The translations under genes were made by a program, and so were the position numbers. 64,000 nucleotides of DNA from an uncultured virus (IMG/VR IMGVR_UViG_3300021197_001705) (lineage: Duplodnaviria > Heunggongvirae > Uroviricota > Caudoviricetes). Positions 15,699-25,449 of the stretch are shown piece after piece (position 1 is the first letter of the stretch; every line of letters begins with the position of its first letter). The stretch lies in the IMG/VR virus record IMGVR_UViG_3300021197_001705, one strand, 5' to 3'. Below the pieces are notes generated by a model that made no database searches, was not told the origin of the DNA, and saw only the letters and a program-made list of their open reading frames with translations.

Positions 15699-16313
15699 TT
15701 AGTTAATAATTGTATCTGCAATACCATATTCTACAGCTTCTTCTGCTGTGAGGTAAACATTAACCTTACGATCCAGCAATTTCTGAATTGTGCGCTTAGT
15801 CATGCATGTTTCCTTTGATAAAGCATTAATATATAGTTCTTGAATGTTCTTTATGGACTTAATTTCATTTTCAATATCGTGCAATTCACCGGCAGAACCT
15901 GCGGCTACTGCGTGGATCATGACTCTACAATGTCGACCGATCTTCCTTTGGCCTTTGGTTCCAGCAGCCAGTATTAGTGTTCCAGCCGACATAACCTTAC
16001 CAAGACCAATTGTGTGAATCTCGCACTTTGTCTTAGTTAGCGACATCATATCATAAATGGAGAACATTTCGTCAGCAGAGCCACCGTAGGTTGAAAGGTA
16101 CATCTTTATTGGCTCATAAGGAGCCTCTTTGGGGCTAAAGTCCGTAAGCATTAACAGGCCCATGCACAAATCGCCTGCTTTTTCCTCATCTACATCACCA
16201 AACATTGCAATCGTTCTGATCTCTGGTTGTTGGGCTCCACCTAGAAGTTCCATTAGATCTTCTTTCGTTTCTTTTTCCTCGGTCTTAGGTTTGTCTGTTA
16301 TCTTAATCATCAT
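15699..16313 (-). CDS. clpP: ClpP-like protease subunit (copy 1)
   Basis: STYGG, VMSAG (catalytic Ser), MIH, YLTAEEAVEYGIAD. Confidence 0.92.
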   Translation of the reverse strand: MMIKITDKPKTEEKETKEDLMELLGGAQQPEIRTIAMFGDVDEEKAGDLCMGLLMLTDFSPKEAPYEPIKMYLSTYGGSADEMFSIYDMMSLTKTKCEIHTIGLGKVMSAGTLILAAGTKGQRKIGRHCRVMIHAVAAGSAGELHDIENEIKSIKNIQELYINALSKETCMTKRTIQKLLDRKVNVYLTAEEAVEYGIADTIIN

Positions 16314-16696
16314 TAAATCCTCCTTTTAAGTTGATCAGTCAAATATTTCATTGCAGAGTCCCAGTCATGGAACACAACGAGGTGGTCATAGTTTCGGGGC
16401 ACCGAATTCATGAAATTCCTCATGATTGTCTTTTGCAATGTCCTTTGCTGTTGTTTATCTATCTTTTTTTGAAATTCAATATATTTATCGTCTCTCTCCG
16501 CGATCTTTAAAGCTTCATATTTGATCTCGTAAGACTCATGAGACGATTGTATGTTGTCAGCCATGACCAACAAACAGTCATTGATTGTGCGCTTCATTAA
16601 GATGGAGGCATAACCAAGGCCAACAACATTGTACCACAACCTCGTAAGAACTACTCCTACTATAAATGAAATTGTAATATAAATTATCTGGTCCAT
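16313..16696 (-). CDS. Membrane-anchored hypothetical protein
   Basis: N-terminal TM segment; GGAG RBS. Confidence 0.7.
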   Translation of the reverse strand: MDQIIYITISFIVGVVLTRLWYNVVGLGYASILMKRTINDCLLVMADNIQSSHESYEIKYEALKIAERDDKYIEFQKKIDKQQQRTLQKTIMRNFMNSVPRNYDHLVVFHDWDSAMKYLTDQLKRRI

Positions 16697-16711
16697 TGGT
16701 ACTCCAAAAAT

Positions 16712-16741
16712 AAAAAAGGACGGTTCCAACCCCCGTCCTTT
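16712..16741 (-). terminator. Rho-independent terminator-like hairpin
   Basis: AAAGGACGG...CCGTCCTTT followed by a U-tract on the minus strand. Confidence 0.55.
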
Positions 16742-16742
16742 A

Positions 16743-16771
16743 AATATAACACGTTTTTAATTCTAAGTCAA
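16743..16771 (-). promoter_or_regulatory. Sigma70-type promoter
   Basis: TTGACT-N17-TATATT with TG extension. Confidence 0.6.
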
Positions 16772-16772
16772 A

Positions 16773-17354
16773 CTATTTTAGACTAGACTTTCTTCCGAGA
16801 GCTTCATCAAGTTGGGCTTTAGCTTTTTTCGCTTGAAGAATTCTTTTAGCAACACGACGAGCGACTTCTTGTACCACTTCGTCTTCAGAAAGTTCAAGAT
16901 TAACGCCCTCAAGCATATCTTCTTCTTCTTCATCATCCATTGCGGGCTCTTCAGGAGCAGCGTCCATTGCAGGTTCTTCGGCAGGCTCTTCAGCGTCCAT
17001 ATCCATTTCTCCGTCAGGTAGTGCGTCTGAAAGCATGTCAACAACTTCACCAAGATCTTCATAAGCTTTTACTGCCATTTTGATTGCATCTTCGTCAATG
17101 TTAACCTCGCCTTCTTCACCCATTTCTGCACCCATTTCATCGCCCATTTCAGGCTCTTCAGGAGCAGCGTCCATTGGTTCGGCAGCAGCCATTTCTGGTT
17201 CTGCGGGAGGCATTTCTTTATCAGCCATGTCCTCTTCTTCTTCATTGTAGTTGTACATTTCGCTAATAGCGTTTGAAACCAGACTTGATTCCATACCAGC
17301 GAGTCCCATGAAGCGTCTAACGGTTGCTTCGTTTAAAAGTTTTTTCTTAGCCAT
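16773..17354 (-). CDS. Acidic low-complexity protein, possible internal head or scaffold-associated protein
   Basis: E/D/M/P-rich; LLNEATVRRFMGLAG N-terminus; late motif at 17386. Confidence 0.7.
   Translation of the reverse strand: MAKKKLLNEATVRRFMGLAGMESSLVSNAISEMYNYNEEEEDMADKEMPPAEPEMAAAEPMDAAPEEPEMGDEMGAEMGEEGEVNIDEDAIKMAVKAYEDLGEVVDMLSDALPDGEMDMDAEEPAEEPAMDAAPEEPAMDDEEEEDMLEGVNLELSEDEVVQEVARRVAKRILQAKKAKAQLDEALGRKSSLK
16945..17176. repeat. 25-nt exact direct repeat in the acidic gene (16945-16969 and 17152-17176)
   Basis: ggctcttcaggagcagcgtccattg twice; encodes MDAAPEEP. Confidence 0.85.
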
Positions 17355-17418
17355 TTATAAATCTCCTAAAAATGTTTTTCAGTAGTAAATAGGCACCAAA
17401 ATGATAAAACACTCAAAA

Positions 17419-17751
17419 TTATAAATCAGGGTGCTCTTTTGCTATCATATCAAAAATATCCTCTAATTCATCTTGTTCAATGCCGAATTGTGACATCAAT
17501 GTCTCAGCAGCCTCATGATCTTTCATTATTATTTTGATATTCCTTTTACTCTGGATTCGTTTGTCTTCTTTGTAGGCACTAATATACTTCATAACAAAAG
17601 GGTCTTTTTGCAAATATCCAGTTATGAACGAACGAAAAAACTCAGCCTGTGTCAATCCATCGTAATCGAGTCTAACCTTAAGCTGAGCGTGTCTGTAATC
17701 TGTGTCATCGAAAACTAGTCTTTTAGTTTTATCCTTTGTTTTGTTCTTCAT
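17419..17751 (-). CDS. Hypothetical protein, possible ribbon-helix-helix-like DNA binder
   Basis: KRLVFDD...AQLKVRL...LTQAEFFRSFI strand-helix-helix pattern. Confidence 0.55.
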   Translation of the reverse strand: MKNKTKDKTKRLVFDDTDYRHAQLKVRLDYDGLTQAEFFRSFITGYLQKDPFVMKYISAYKEDKRIQSKRNIKIIMKDHEAAETLMSQFGIEQDELEDIFDMIAKEHPDL

Positions 17752-18016
17752 TATTGTTGATCCCAAGCTCATTTAATAGATTCTGTGCCTTTGACCAACA
17801 TGTTGGACAATAAATTCGTACTTTTTTTTCTTCCTCTCGCACCACAACATTCCAAGTTGAGACCATTTTTTTGTTTGACTTGTCGAATTCAGTATGACAA
17901 ATCATACAATCCTCTGGAATCAAATCAAACAAGCCAAGCTGCTTATCGAAGTCGGTATTTGCTACACCCGCTTTCTTAATAGCTTTTTGTCTCGCTCTAC
18001 GCTGTTTTCTGTTCAT
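17729..18016 (-). CDS. Small Zn-finger protein (CMIC...CPTC)
   Basis: Two CxxC pairs; MNRKQRRA N-terminus. Confidence 0.75.
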   Translation of the reverse strand: MNRKQRRARQKAIKKAGVANTDFDKQLGLFDLIPEDCMICHTEFDKSNKKMVSTWNVVVREEEKKVRIYCPTCWSKAQNLLNELGINNNEEQNKG

Positions 18017-18444
18017 TGCCCAGTACTCCCAAAACCACCACTTCCTCTATCACTATTAGATAGTTCGCCAACTTCAATAAACTCTACTTTTGGATGAGGA
18101 ATTATCATTAATTGTCCAACTCTGTCTCCGGCTTTATAAATCACCTGAATGTTTGAAGGTTTGCCAATATCTTTGTATTTAAGCATTATTTCGCCTCGAT
18201 ACCCACTGTCAATGACACCGACAGAATTAGCCAATGACATGCTTGTCTTAGATACGGAACTCCTCGGGAAAAGAAGACCAACAAAGCCTTCGGGAATCTC
18301 AAGAGCCAAGCCAGTTTTGTATACGAGGTTACCATGGCGATCAATTTCCATCGAGGTTGCAATTAAATCCATTGCGGCATCGCCAGCTTTAGCATACTTT
18401 GGAATAATAGCGTTAGGGCTTACTTTTTTTATTTTAATTTTCAT
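18013..18444 (-). CDS. dut: Trimeric dUTPase
   Basis: AAMDL, PRSS, GVIDSGYRGEI, DRVGQL, RGSGGFGSTG. Confidence 0.97.
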   Translation of the reverse strand: MKIKIKKVSPNAIIPKYAKAGDAAMDLIATSMEIDRHGNLVYKTGLALEIPEGFVGLLFPRSSVSKTSMSLANSVGVIDSGYRGEIMLKYKDIGKPSNIQVIYKAGDRVGQLMIIPHPKVEFIEVGELSNSDRGSGGFGSTGQ

Positions 18445-18904
18445 TTTTATCTCCATTTTCAGATAGCTCCAATACTTTTTCAAAAGAAAGAATCTCTTTT
18501 TTAGTCAATGCTGCTTTTGGTTGTATCATCCTGTTGGCATACTCTGGTCTTTCAAAGAGAGTGTTTAACATTGACAACCCTTCCTTGGTATATCCCATCT
18601 TCTTTATAACCTCTTTGTATGTTGCCTTGTAAACTGATACGATTTTGCCTTCAACGTGGTTAAAAAATAAAATTGGGATTTGCTTTTCTTCTTCCATCAT
18701 CTGGGAAAATTTATACGGGTCAAGAAATTGCATACTTGTTTGTTTTTTATATTCCCAAGTTTGACCATAGGCATCAACACCATCATAGTATTTCGACGAA
18801 ACTCGTTGATGTCCTAAAGCTTCTGCTATCTCTCTATCTTTGCCGCCTTTTCCAGACACATCTAAATCATTTAACGCTCGAATCTGTTCTTTACTAAAAA
18901 TCAT
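18434..18904 (-). CDS. Hypothetical protein, possible PD-(D/E)XK nuclease
   Basis: E...YDGVD...WEYKK motif spacing. Confidence 0.5.
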   Translation of the reverse strand: MIFSKEQIRALNDLDVSGKGGKDREIAEALGHQRVSSKYYDGVDAYGQTWEYKKQTSMQFLDPYKFSQMMEEEKQIPILFFNHVEGKIVSVYKATYKEVIKKMGYTKEGLSMLNTLFERPEYANRMIQPKAALTKKEILSFEKVLELSENGDKNEN

Positions 18905-18915
18905 GTTAACCTCCT

Positions 18916-19086
18916 TTATGCTACATTTTCTATTGTAAAATTAAGCTCGTATGAATGCTCTACAGAGATCCCGGTTAAAATCTCAGGTATTGTATCTTTG
19001 TTTACATTTATGACAATGAAGTGAACACCATCTAAGCAAACCAAATCACCAATTAATACGGCTTTATTCAAATTATTAAAATTCAT
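18916..19086 (-). CDS. VGDLV-family small protein (56 aa, ...VLIGDLVCLDG...)
   Basis: Translated by hand; downstream of a TTGACA promoter. Confidence 0.6.
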   Translation of the reverse strand: MNFNNLNKAVLIGDLVCLDGVHFIVINVNKDTIPEILTGISVEHSYELNFTIENVA

Positions 19087-19109
19087 ATCAATCCCAAACT
19101 TTGAATTGT

Positions 19110-19143
19110 ATTATAATATTAACACATTATACAAGTTTGTCAA
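19110..19143 (-). promoter_or_regulatory. Possible sigma70-type promoter
   Basis: TTGACA followed about 16-17 nt later by an AT-rich -10-like TAATAT. Confidence 0.5.
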
Positions 19144-19146
19144 GAA

Positions 19147-22100
19147 CTATCCCAACAAAAACCAAGAATTGTTTATCATACCATAAGTGCTGAATCCCCA
19201 ATCTGCATTGTATTTCGGCTTAATCATATATGGCCTATTAATGTGGATGTTATCCCGCTCAGGCTTGACAGACCAACAACGAATCTTGGTCAAAACAGAG
19301 TTGGCGTCTATTACCTCAACAACATAAAAGTTCTTTCCATTCTTTGATTTCTTTTGGGTTATTGAGCGGGGGATGCACCAACAATATCCAAGGTCTGGAT
19401 CGTATTCTGATATCGGAGGAGAACACCATTCATCAATTCTAGCTTGAACGTCAGGGGTTATAACCTTAGACATAGGGAAGATGCCAGTTAAGTCGCTTAA
19501 GAAGGTAATTTTTTCCTCTTCTGTGAAGGAACCTTCCGGTGCATACTTCTCAATGTTCTCAATGAGATTTTTGGGCTTTCTTGGGCGATCTACGCACACT
19601 GCTGACCAGAAATGCTTATCTCCTGTGAATCGTTCGTCAACCAAATCTCGTAAGGCCCCTGCTCTGCAAAGAACGTCGAACGCTCTCTTGTTGAGCTTTG
19701 AGTATACAATGTCCTCATTGAAGATAAACTCCTCTACCGTATTGAACGGACGGTTGTTGAGGATCTGCTCAATGGCTTTCTCCCCCAGTCCCTTGATAGT
19801 CGTCAGGGGGGCAACAAGGGTGTTTTTATCAAGTATCTCCCACCTCATGCCAGAGGTATTAAGGTCGATATCCTTGATCGTAAAACCGTGCTGTTTTGCG
19901 AGGTTTATGGCCTTCTCTTTGCGCGACTCTGGTTCTCTTTCGAGGAACGCTGCTGTCCACTCTGCTTGGTAATAGTTGCATAGCCAAGCGCACTGATAGC
20001 TGATAATAGAATAAGAAACGGCATGTGACTTATTAAAACCATAGCCCGAAAAGTACTCGAAAGTTGTCCATAAAGCGTTAGCTTTTTTATCCGAAATGCG
20101 TTTGTCTCTACATCCCCTGATGAACTTGTCGTATATCCGTTCTTTGTCCTCGTTTCCTTTACCTGTTCCCTTCTTGGTGAGCAGCTTACGCAATAGGTTC
20201 CCTTCGTCAAGGGTGATATTGTCACCTAGCTTATGAGCTAGCATGGCGATTTGTTCTTGAAAAATTAAGAACCCATGTGTTTCCTGAGTCACGGAGCGAA
20301 CAACTTTGTTGAGATACTTGACTGATTCGGGTTCTTCCTTGGCTTTTACATATTGCTTATCAACGCCAGCCGATAAAGGGCCGGGACGGTATATGCTAGT
20401 AATAGCAGATATATCGATAATGGATCTTGGCTTTGCTCTTTGGGCAAATTTTTGTGCGCCTTGTTCCGCGAACTGGAAGATCCCAACCCACTTCCCTTTG
20501 TGGAATATGTTTTCATAAACATTCTGATCTCCTAAATCTATAACGTCTGGGTGTAACTTGGTGTCGTAATAGTCTTTGATCTGTGCAAACGTGGGCTCTG
20601 GTATGTCGTGGTGTCTCTTGAGAATGAGAGAGATGCAATCCTCAACCATACGAAGAGTCGATAGACCGAGCAAATCAAACTTGATGAAACCCATAGGCTC
20701 AAGGTGTCGAACATTCATGCCCTCGCTCCACGGAGTCTGCCTGACTCCCTTGGATGCTATAAGTGGCATGTACTTATCCAAGTCCTCTCCGATCACCACA
20801 CCACCTGCGTGACGGGAAACCTGCCGGACTTGCCCTACAAGACCCAACACATGATCCTTAATCTTGGGGTATTTGGAAAAAAATTTTTGGAGCGACTCGC
20901 TGTATTGGATAACCTCGTCGAATGTAGGATTATATACCCCCGCTTTGATGCCATGCTTGGCTTTGGCCAACGGTGTAGCCTCAAACAACATCTTGTTTGT
21001 TACTGCGTTCGCTTCCACGAATGGCACGTCATAAAACTTACTGATGTCTTTGATGAGCGACTTAAGTTGTAAGGTGCTGAAGTTCGATATAGGAACAACA
21101 ACATTGCTCCCCCAATCATCGATCAGTTTTTCTTTTAGAGCCATCGGCTCAGACACATCGTAATCGATATCAGGGTAATCAGTAGCATCAGCACGTAAAA
21201 ACCGCGAGAAGAGGAGGTCGTAAGAAACTGGGTCCACTTGAGTAATGCCAAGAGCATAAGCAACAAGAGAACCAGCCGCAGAGCCTCGACCGGGCCCAGA
21301 GATTTGTATTTCATTTGTTTTATCCGCGATTGCCTTCATGGTTAGAAAGTATTTAGAAAACCCACGATCAGCAATAACTTTGAGTTCGTGGTCAAGCCTG
21401 AGTTTATATTCAGTGTTGTGCTCCAAGCGAGAAGTCTTCTTAAGTAAAGAGAACAAGCCCTCAGTGGCTATACGCTTGAGATAATCATCGGCAGTATATC
21501 CAGCAGGAACCACAAAGTCAGGTAAACGAACGGTATCATCAGGATAAAATCTTTCAATCCGGTTGAAAGCAATATCGTGAGTTCTCTCAATGCTATCAAG
21601 TACAAGTTTGTCATCATATTTCACTCCACAATCATTAGAATATTTCTTATATGCTTCCCACATTTGATCTCCGTTCTTTGGATAAAGCTCATACTCCATC
21701 TCTTGAACTGATGTCGGAAGATTCATGTCAAGCCATTCGGGTTTTCCCCTACCAAGCCAGCCAAGTCTCTTATATAGTTCTCTGTCGTTCCAAGCGTCTG
21801 GTGTTGGGTAATGGGAATCTGCTGTGGAAACTAACGGGATTCCATACTCTTCGTGCATTTGGATAACATAGTTGTTGAGTTCATGTTGCTCCGGGACGTT
21901 ATTCCATTGAAGTTCTCCGTACCAACGGTCTCCAAGGATTGAAACCATTCTTTCGGTGGTGTCTCGCATAGCCGCAAGAACAGCCTCTTTGCCCTCTTCG
22001 CGGTTGGCCCAATAGCAACCAGCATATATACCGCCAAGACAAGCGGAAAGGCAAATAACGCCGCTAGAATATTTGTTAAGTAGTGCATAATCAATCCTTG

Positions 22101-22578
22101 GTTTACGATAGAAGTAGTCTCCGGTATAAGATTCTGAGACCATCTTATAAATATTGTTAAGACCCTCTTGGCTCATTGCAAGAAGAACAATGTGACGAGA
22201 GCGATTAATTGCAGTCCCCTTGCTCTTACTGGCACCTTCGGCTTCAATGTTAGTGCCTGACCGTTCCTTTGAAAGGGCGCGAGCTTTCTTCTTATCAGCC
22301 TTGTGTTCTTCGTAGGTCTTGCGCCACTCAACAACATCAGAGATAAAATACGCCTCGACGCCGAATATGGGTTTGAAACTCTTTCCTTGTTTTTGCATCT
22401 TCTTGGCGTGTAGTACTTGGTAACTTGTCCCGTTCATATTGCCATGATCTGTCAAGGCCAGAGCTTCGCAGCCATTCTTATGTGCGAAGTCCATGTGGTC
22501 AGCGGGGAATCCGAAACCGTCAAATGGAGAACCAACTCCACAGTGAGCATGAAGCCCAACGAATTTAATGTTGTTCAT
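19147..22578 (-). CDS. dnaE: DNA polymerase III alpha subunit (family C) with a PHP domain
   Basis: LHAH, ALTDHG, GVEAY, GPGRGSAAGSLV, YPDIDYD, KFDLLGL, YGFNKSHA. Confidence 0.97.
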   Translation of the reverse strand: MNNIKFVGLHAHCGVGSPFDGFGFPADHMDFAHKNGCEALALTDHGNMNGTSYQVLHAKKMQKQGKSFKPIFGVEAYFISDVVEWRKTYEEHKADKKKARALSKERSGTNIEAEGASKSKGTAINRSRHIVLLAMSQEGLNNIYKMVSESYTGDYFYRKPRIDYALLNKYSSGVICLSACLGGIYAGCYWANREEGKEAVLAAMRDTTERMVSILGDRWYGELQWNNVPEQHELNNYVIQMHEEYGIPLVSTADSHYPTPDAWNDRELYKRLGWLGRGKPEWLDMNLPTSVQEMEYELYPKNGDQMWEAYKKYSNDCGVKYDDKLVLDSIERTHDIAFNRIERFYPDDTVRLPDFVVPAGYTADDYLKRIATEGLFSLLKKTSRLEHNTEYKLRLDHELKVIADRGFSKYFLTMKAIADKTNEIQISGPGRGSAAGSLVAYALGITQVDPVSYDLLFSRFLRADATDYPDIDYDVSEPMALKEKLIDDWGSNVVVPISNFSTLQLKSLIKDISKFYDVPFVEANAVTNKMLFEATPLAKAKHGIKAGVYNPTFDEVIQYSESLQKFFSKYPKIKDHVLGLVGQVRQVSRHAGGVVIGEDLDKYMPLIASKGVRQTPWSEGMNVRHLEPMGFIKFDLLGLSTLRMVEDCISLILKRHHDIPEPTFAQIKDYYDTKLHPDVIDLGDQNVYENIFHKGKWVGIFQFAEQGAQKFAQRAKPRSIIDISAITSIYRPGPLSAGVDKQYVKAKEEPESVKYLNKVVRSVTQETHGFLIFQEQIAMLAHKLGDNITLDEGNLLRKLLTKKGTGKGNEDKERIYDKFIRGCRDKRISDKKANALWTTFEYFSGYGFNKSHAVSYSIISYQCAWLCNYYQAEWTAAFLEREPESRKEKAINLAKQHGFTIKDIDLNTSGMRWEILDKNTLVAPLTTIKGLGEKAIEQILNNRPFNTVEEFIFNEDIVYSKLNKRAFDVLCRAGALRDLVDERFTGDKHFWSAVCVDRPRKPKNLIENIEKYAPEGSFTEEEKITFLSDLTGIFPMSKVITPDVQARIDEWCSPPISEYDPDLGYCWCIPRSITQKKSKNGKNFYVVEVIDANSVLTKIRCWSVKPERDNIHINRPYMIKPKYNADWGFSTYGMINNSWFLLG

Positions 22579-22608
22579 ATTTACCTCCGATGTAAACTCT
22601 ATAATATA

Positions 22609-22641
22609 TAAATAACAAACCCCCTGACAAATGTCAAGGGG
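22609..22641 (-). promoter_or_regulatory. Hairpin (terminator-like) overlapping a TTGACA promoter for dnaE
   Basis: Minus strand CCCCTTGACAttTGTCAGGGG hairpin; TTGACA-N17-TATTTA. Confidence 0.55.
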
Positions 22642-22655
22642 CTCTTACGAAAAAC

Positions 22656-23708
22656 TTAAACTAAGTTGAACTTCTTGTTTTTTGAAGACCACTTATATTT
22701 TATTGGGATTGACTCCTTCTCTTCACCGGTTAGTGCTTGGTGCAAGAAGTCAACTTCCGTAACCAAACTAACCTTTGACGGTCCCCAGACCATATTGTTC
22801 ATTACGGTCAAATCTTTTAAAGCATTTTTTCTAAAAGCTTTTAAATCTTTAATCCCACTGCCGACATATTGTTTTGGGGCCCAAGTAACAAGCTTAATAT
22901 CCAACCGACTTGACGATGTTTTGTCGTGAATTTGATTTGCTCGATCTGTACTCTTAACATAAATCGACTTTCTAACAACATTATAGTCAGAAGTAATATA
23001 GCAAGCATCACCTTCAACGGCTCCACTTTTGTGGGGCTTGCCGTGAATTCTTTGGACTTCGACTTTGGCTTCTGAAGGGGTCCAAGTTTTCACTTTCTTT
23101 GTTTTAAAATTCAAAGCTTCTTCAAAAATTGATGCTTTTGTACTTGTTTTAATTCTAGGATAATGTTTCGTAAGCATTTGATAGACTTGATTCTGAATCG
23201 CTTTTTCATCTTTACCGTATTTGTCAAAGTGTCCCATCGATTGCATCTTTTTAATATACGCAACAGCATCACTTTTTCCATGCGATTTTGATGGGCGATG
23301 ATTATTACAGTGTTGTAAAAATTCCCACCTCTTTATACTATCTTGAAATTCCAAGACAATGGCTGGGAATTTATTCTTTGCTGATTCTGGATTATCATTG
23401 TTTTTGTGCAGTGCCAACATACGATGAAACCCAGACAAAACACGATATTTTACCTTTACAGGGTCAAATTCAACAATCGGAAGTGTTTGGAGTCCGATAT
23501 TTTCAATATCAGCAGCCAAAGTTGCGATATGTCCAAGATCTGCATCGGCCACCCGTGTTTGATATTGCCTATCGGAAATTTCCAATTGATCCCAGTCAAA
23601 CCACTTAGCAGCGATATATTTAGCACCCATACTTTCATATGTCGTGATGTTATTTTTGTAGTCTCCAACATTTAAGGTTGTTGTTCCATTTGTTTTTTCT
23701 TTTAACAT
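22656..23708 (-). CDS. ParB/Srx-like N-terminal domain protein
   Basis: LAADIENIGLQTLPIV...YRVLSGFHRMLAL. Confidence 0.75.
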   Translation of the reverse strand: MLKEKTNGTTTLNVGDYKNNITTYESMGAKYIAAKWFDWDQLEISDRQYQTRVADADLGHIATLAADIENIGLQTLPIVEFDPVKVKYRVLSGFHRMLALHKNNDNPESAKNKFPAIVLEFQDSIKRWEFLQHCNNHRPSKSHGKSDAVAYIKKMQSMGHFDKYGKDEKAIQNQVYQMLTKHYPRIKTSTKASIFEEALNFKTKKVKTWTPSEAKVEVQRIHGKPHKSGAVEGDACYITSDYNVVRKSIYVKSTDRANQIHDKTSSSRLDIKLVTWAPKQYVGSGIKDLKAFRKNALKDLTVMNNMVWGPSKVSLVTEVDFLHQALTGEEKESIPIKYKWSSKNKKFNLV

Positions 23709-23770
23709 TTTGTTTCCGTTTTTGTATGGCCTAAACGGCCAGAAATTAGTTCCTAAGCGGAACCATATAC

Positions 23771-23798
23771 AATATAACATGTTTGGATCACTTGTCAA
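23771..23798 (-). promoter_or_regulatory. Sigma70-type promoter
   Basis: TTGACA-N16-TATATT with TG extension. Confidence 0.6.
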
Positions 23799-24031
23799 GA
23801 GATTATTCTTAAATAACTGCAACAAATAAAACAAATACCGCTACCGTCTAGCCAGTGAACTTGTGCAGCGCTATCGCGGCCCAATTCTACAGATATTTTC
23901 AGAATTACGCCATATGATCCGGGAGACAACCATGCACCATCACCGTCAGACATGGCGTAGTATCGAACCAGATCACCAACTTTAAAAAATGTAGATTTTT
24001 CCGATATGTTTTCTTGAGATGGCAAATTCAT
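23795..24031 (-). CDS. VGDLV-family small protein (FKVGDLVRYY...YGVIL...VHW)
   Basis: ORF track. Confidence 0.7.
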   Translation of the reverse strand: MNLPSQENISEKSTFFKVGDLVRYYAMSDGDGAWLSPGSYGVILKISVELGRDSAAQVHWLDGSGICFICCSYLRIIS

Positions 24032-24185
24032 TAACTCCGAATATAGACTGAATCAACCATATTCTGATTGTGTCTGTCTGAAGGCACTCTTCTGTGCAAA
24101 GTCCCCTAGCTCCTTTTGGTATTGGCCCACAAGCTTCTATAAATGCTATCGATTTTCCCTTTATCCGCCTCACTCTATGCCCCAC
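23982..24185 (-). CDS. Small hypothetical protein
   Basis: ORF track; fits the gene packing. Confidence 0.45.
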   Translation of the reverse strand: MGHRVRRIKGKSIAFIEACGPIPKGARGLCTEECLQTDTIRIWLIQSIFGVNEFAISRKHIGKIYIF

Positions 24186-24463
24186 TCACAATCACACGGG
24201 TCACAGTCGCAAGCCACACACGGCTTGTAATCTATCGGGTATTCTCTCAATTCTTCCTCGAACAGCATGATCTCTGTACCATTGACTAAAACCAAATAAT
24301 CAAAAAAGAAACTGACCATAGATAAAGGCATTTCTGGTACTGGTAGTGAGATAACTTCGACTATAACTCCAAGCTCGCCATTGATTATGTGCTTGTACCC
24401 TATCACACCGTCTAACCCCGTTAAAACAACCAAATCACCAACTTTAAATTTATTTTTATGCAT
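24170..24463 (-). CDS. VGDLV-family protein with a Cys-rich tail (CVACDCDPCDC)
   Basis: ORF track. Confidence 0.72.
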   Translation of the reverse strand: MHKNKFKVGDLVVLTGLDGVIGYKHIINGELGVIVEVISLPVPEMPLSMVSFFFDYLVLVNGTEIMLFEEELREYPIDYKPCVACDCDPCDCEWGIE

Positions 24464-25441
24464 CTAATCAAGAGACCCTATAACCTCTAAACCATTTTTG
24501 GTTGCTATATTAACTAGGGTCTGCATGTCATAAATGTGCAACGACTCAAGTAAAAACTTGATTTCCGTGAACATGTCACCCGTTGAAAAAGGTTTATAAA
24601 CATCATGGATATTGTCTGAACCTATCGCTACAACCAAATCGTTACTCAACAACTCATCCACTGGTGTGACCGCATTATGGGTTGGCGTTTCCTCCTCTGA
24701 TCTTCTTGCGTCAATCCAAGCAGTTGGGCAAGTTATAAATGATAGGCCCGCATCTTTTGACATCTTGTACACATCGTCCCGGTAGTGTTTAGGGTGGCAC
24801 GACAAACTAATCGAATGAACAGCCGTAACTCGGTTTTCCATACCATGTTTTATCGTCATTCTGGCTAGCATTTCGGTTTCCTTTTCCGCTCTGGTGTTTA
24901 ACTGGTCGACATGAACATGGAGTCTCTTATTGTATACCTTGGCTAGCCGCATCAGATAGTCCATATGTTCTTTTTCCTGTCCTTTGTCGGCTCCGGGCAA
25001 TGATCCAATGATATCAATCAAGTTATGCTCCAAACACTCAACTAACATGATCTTACATCGTTTATCCAAAATACCTTTTAGTGTCTGACACGCTATCTTG
25101 AAGTCCAATTGACCTTCAAAGTCTTTTTTTACAGAACGTGCGGCCCGCAAAGCTCGATAGCCCGCAACGTGGTCAATGTCTATAAACGACAAACAAGAGG
25201 TGGTTCCCATGGATATTTGCCCGACCAAAGCTTGAGAAATATTATTATAGTATTGAGCTTCTGATGCAGACGCCTTGTAGCCATCAATGTAAAGCCATTT
25301 TTCGTGAAGATGGTTATAGACTACATCTTGTAAGTTTTTCTCTGTGACAGTATGAGCGCGGTCTAAGTGGGAATGGGCATTAACAAAACCACCATTCTTG
25401 GTGATTAGGCTACGTAATTTTTCATTTGGATCGAAATGCAT
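24464..25441 (-). CDS. Amidohydrolase-superfamily metal-dependent deaminase (cytosine deaminase CodA-like)
   Basis: FVNAHSHLD, HVHVDQ, VTAVH, GSDNIHD. Confidence 0.85.
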   Translation of the reverse strand: MHFDPNEKLRSLITKNGGFVNAHSHLDRAHTVTEKNLQDVVYNHLHEKWLYIDGYKASASEAQYYNNISQALVGQISMGTTSCLSFIDIDHVAGYRALRAARSVKKDFEGQLDFKIACQTLKGILDKRCKIMLVECLEHNLIDIIGSLPGADKGQEKEHMDYLMRLAKVYNKRLHVHVDQLNTRAEKETEMLARMTIKHGMENRVTAVHSISLSCHPKHYRDDVYKMSKDAGLSFITCPTAWIDARRSEEETPTHNAVTPVDELLSNDLVVAIGSDNIHDVYKPFSTGDMFTEIKFLLESLHIYDMQTLVNIATKNGLEVIGSLD

Positions 25442-25449
25442 ATTAACTC

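Noticed and set aside
19147..22578. Intein or intron in dnaE (also checked nrdJ, helicase and recA)
   Set aside because: Lengths are normal, motifs are contiguous, and no C...HN splice junctions or LAGLIDADG blocks were seen.
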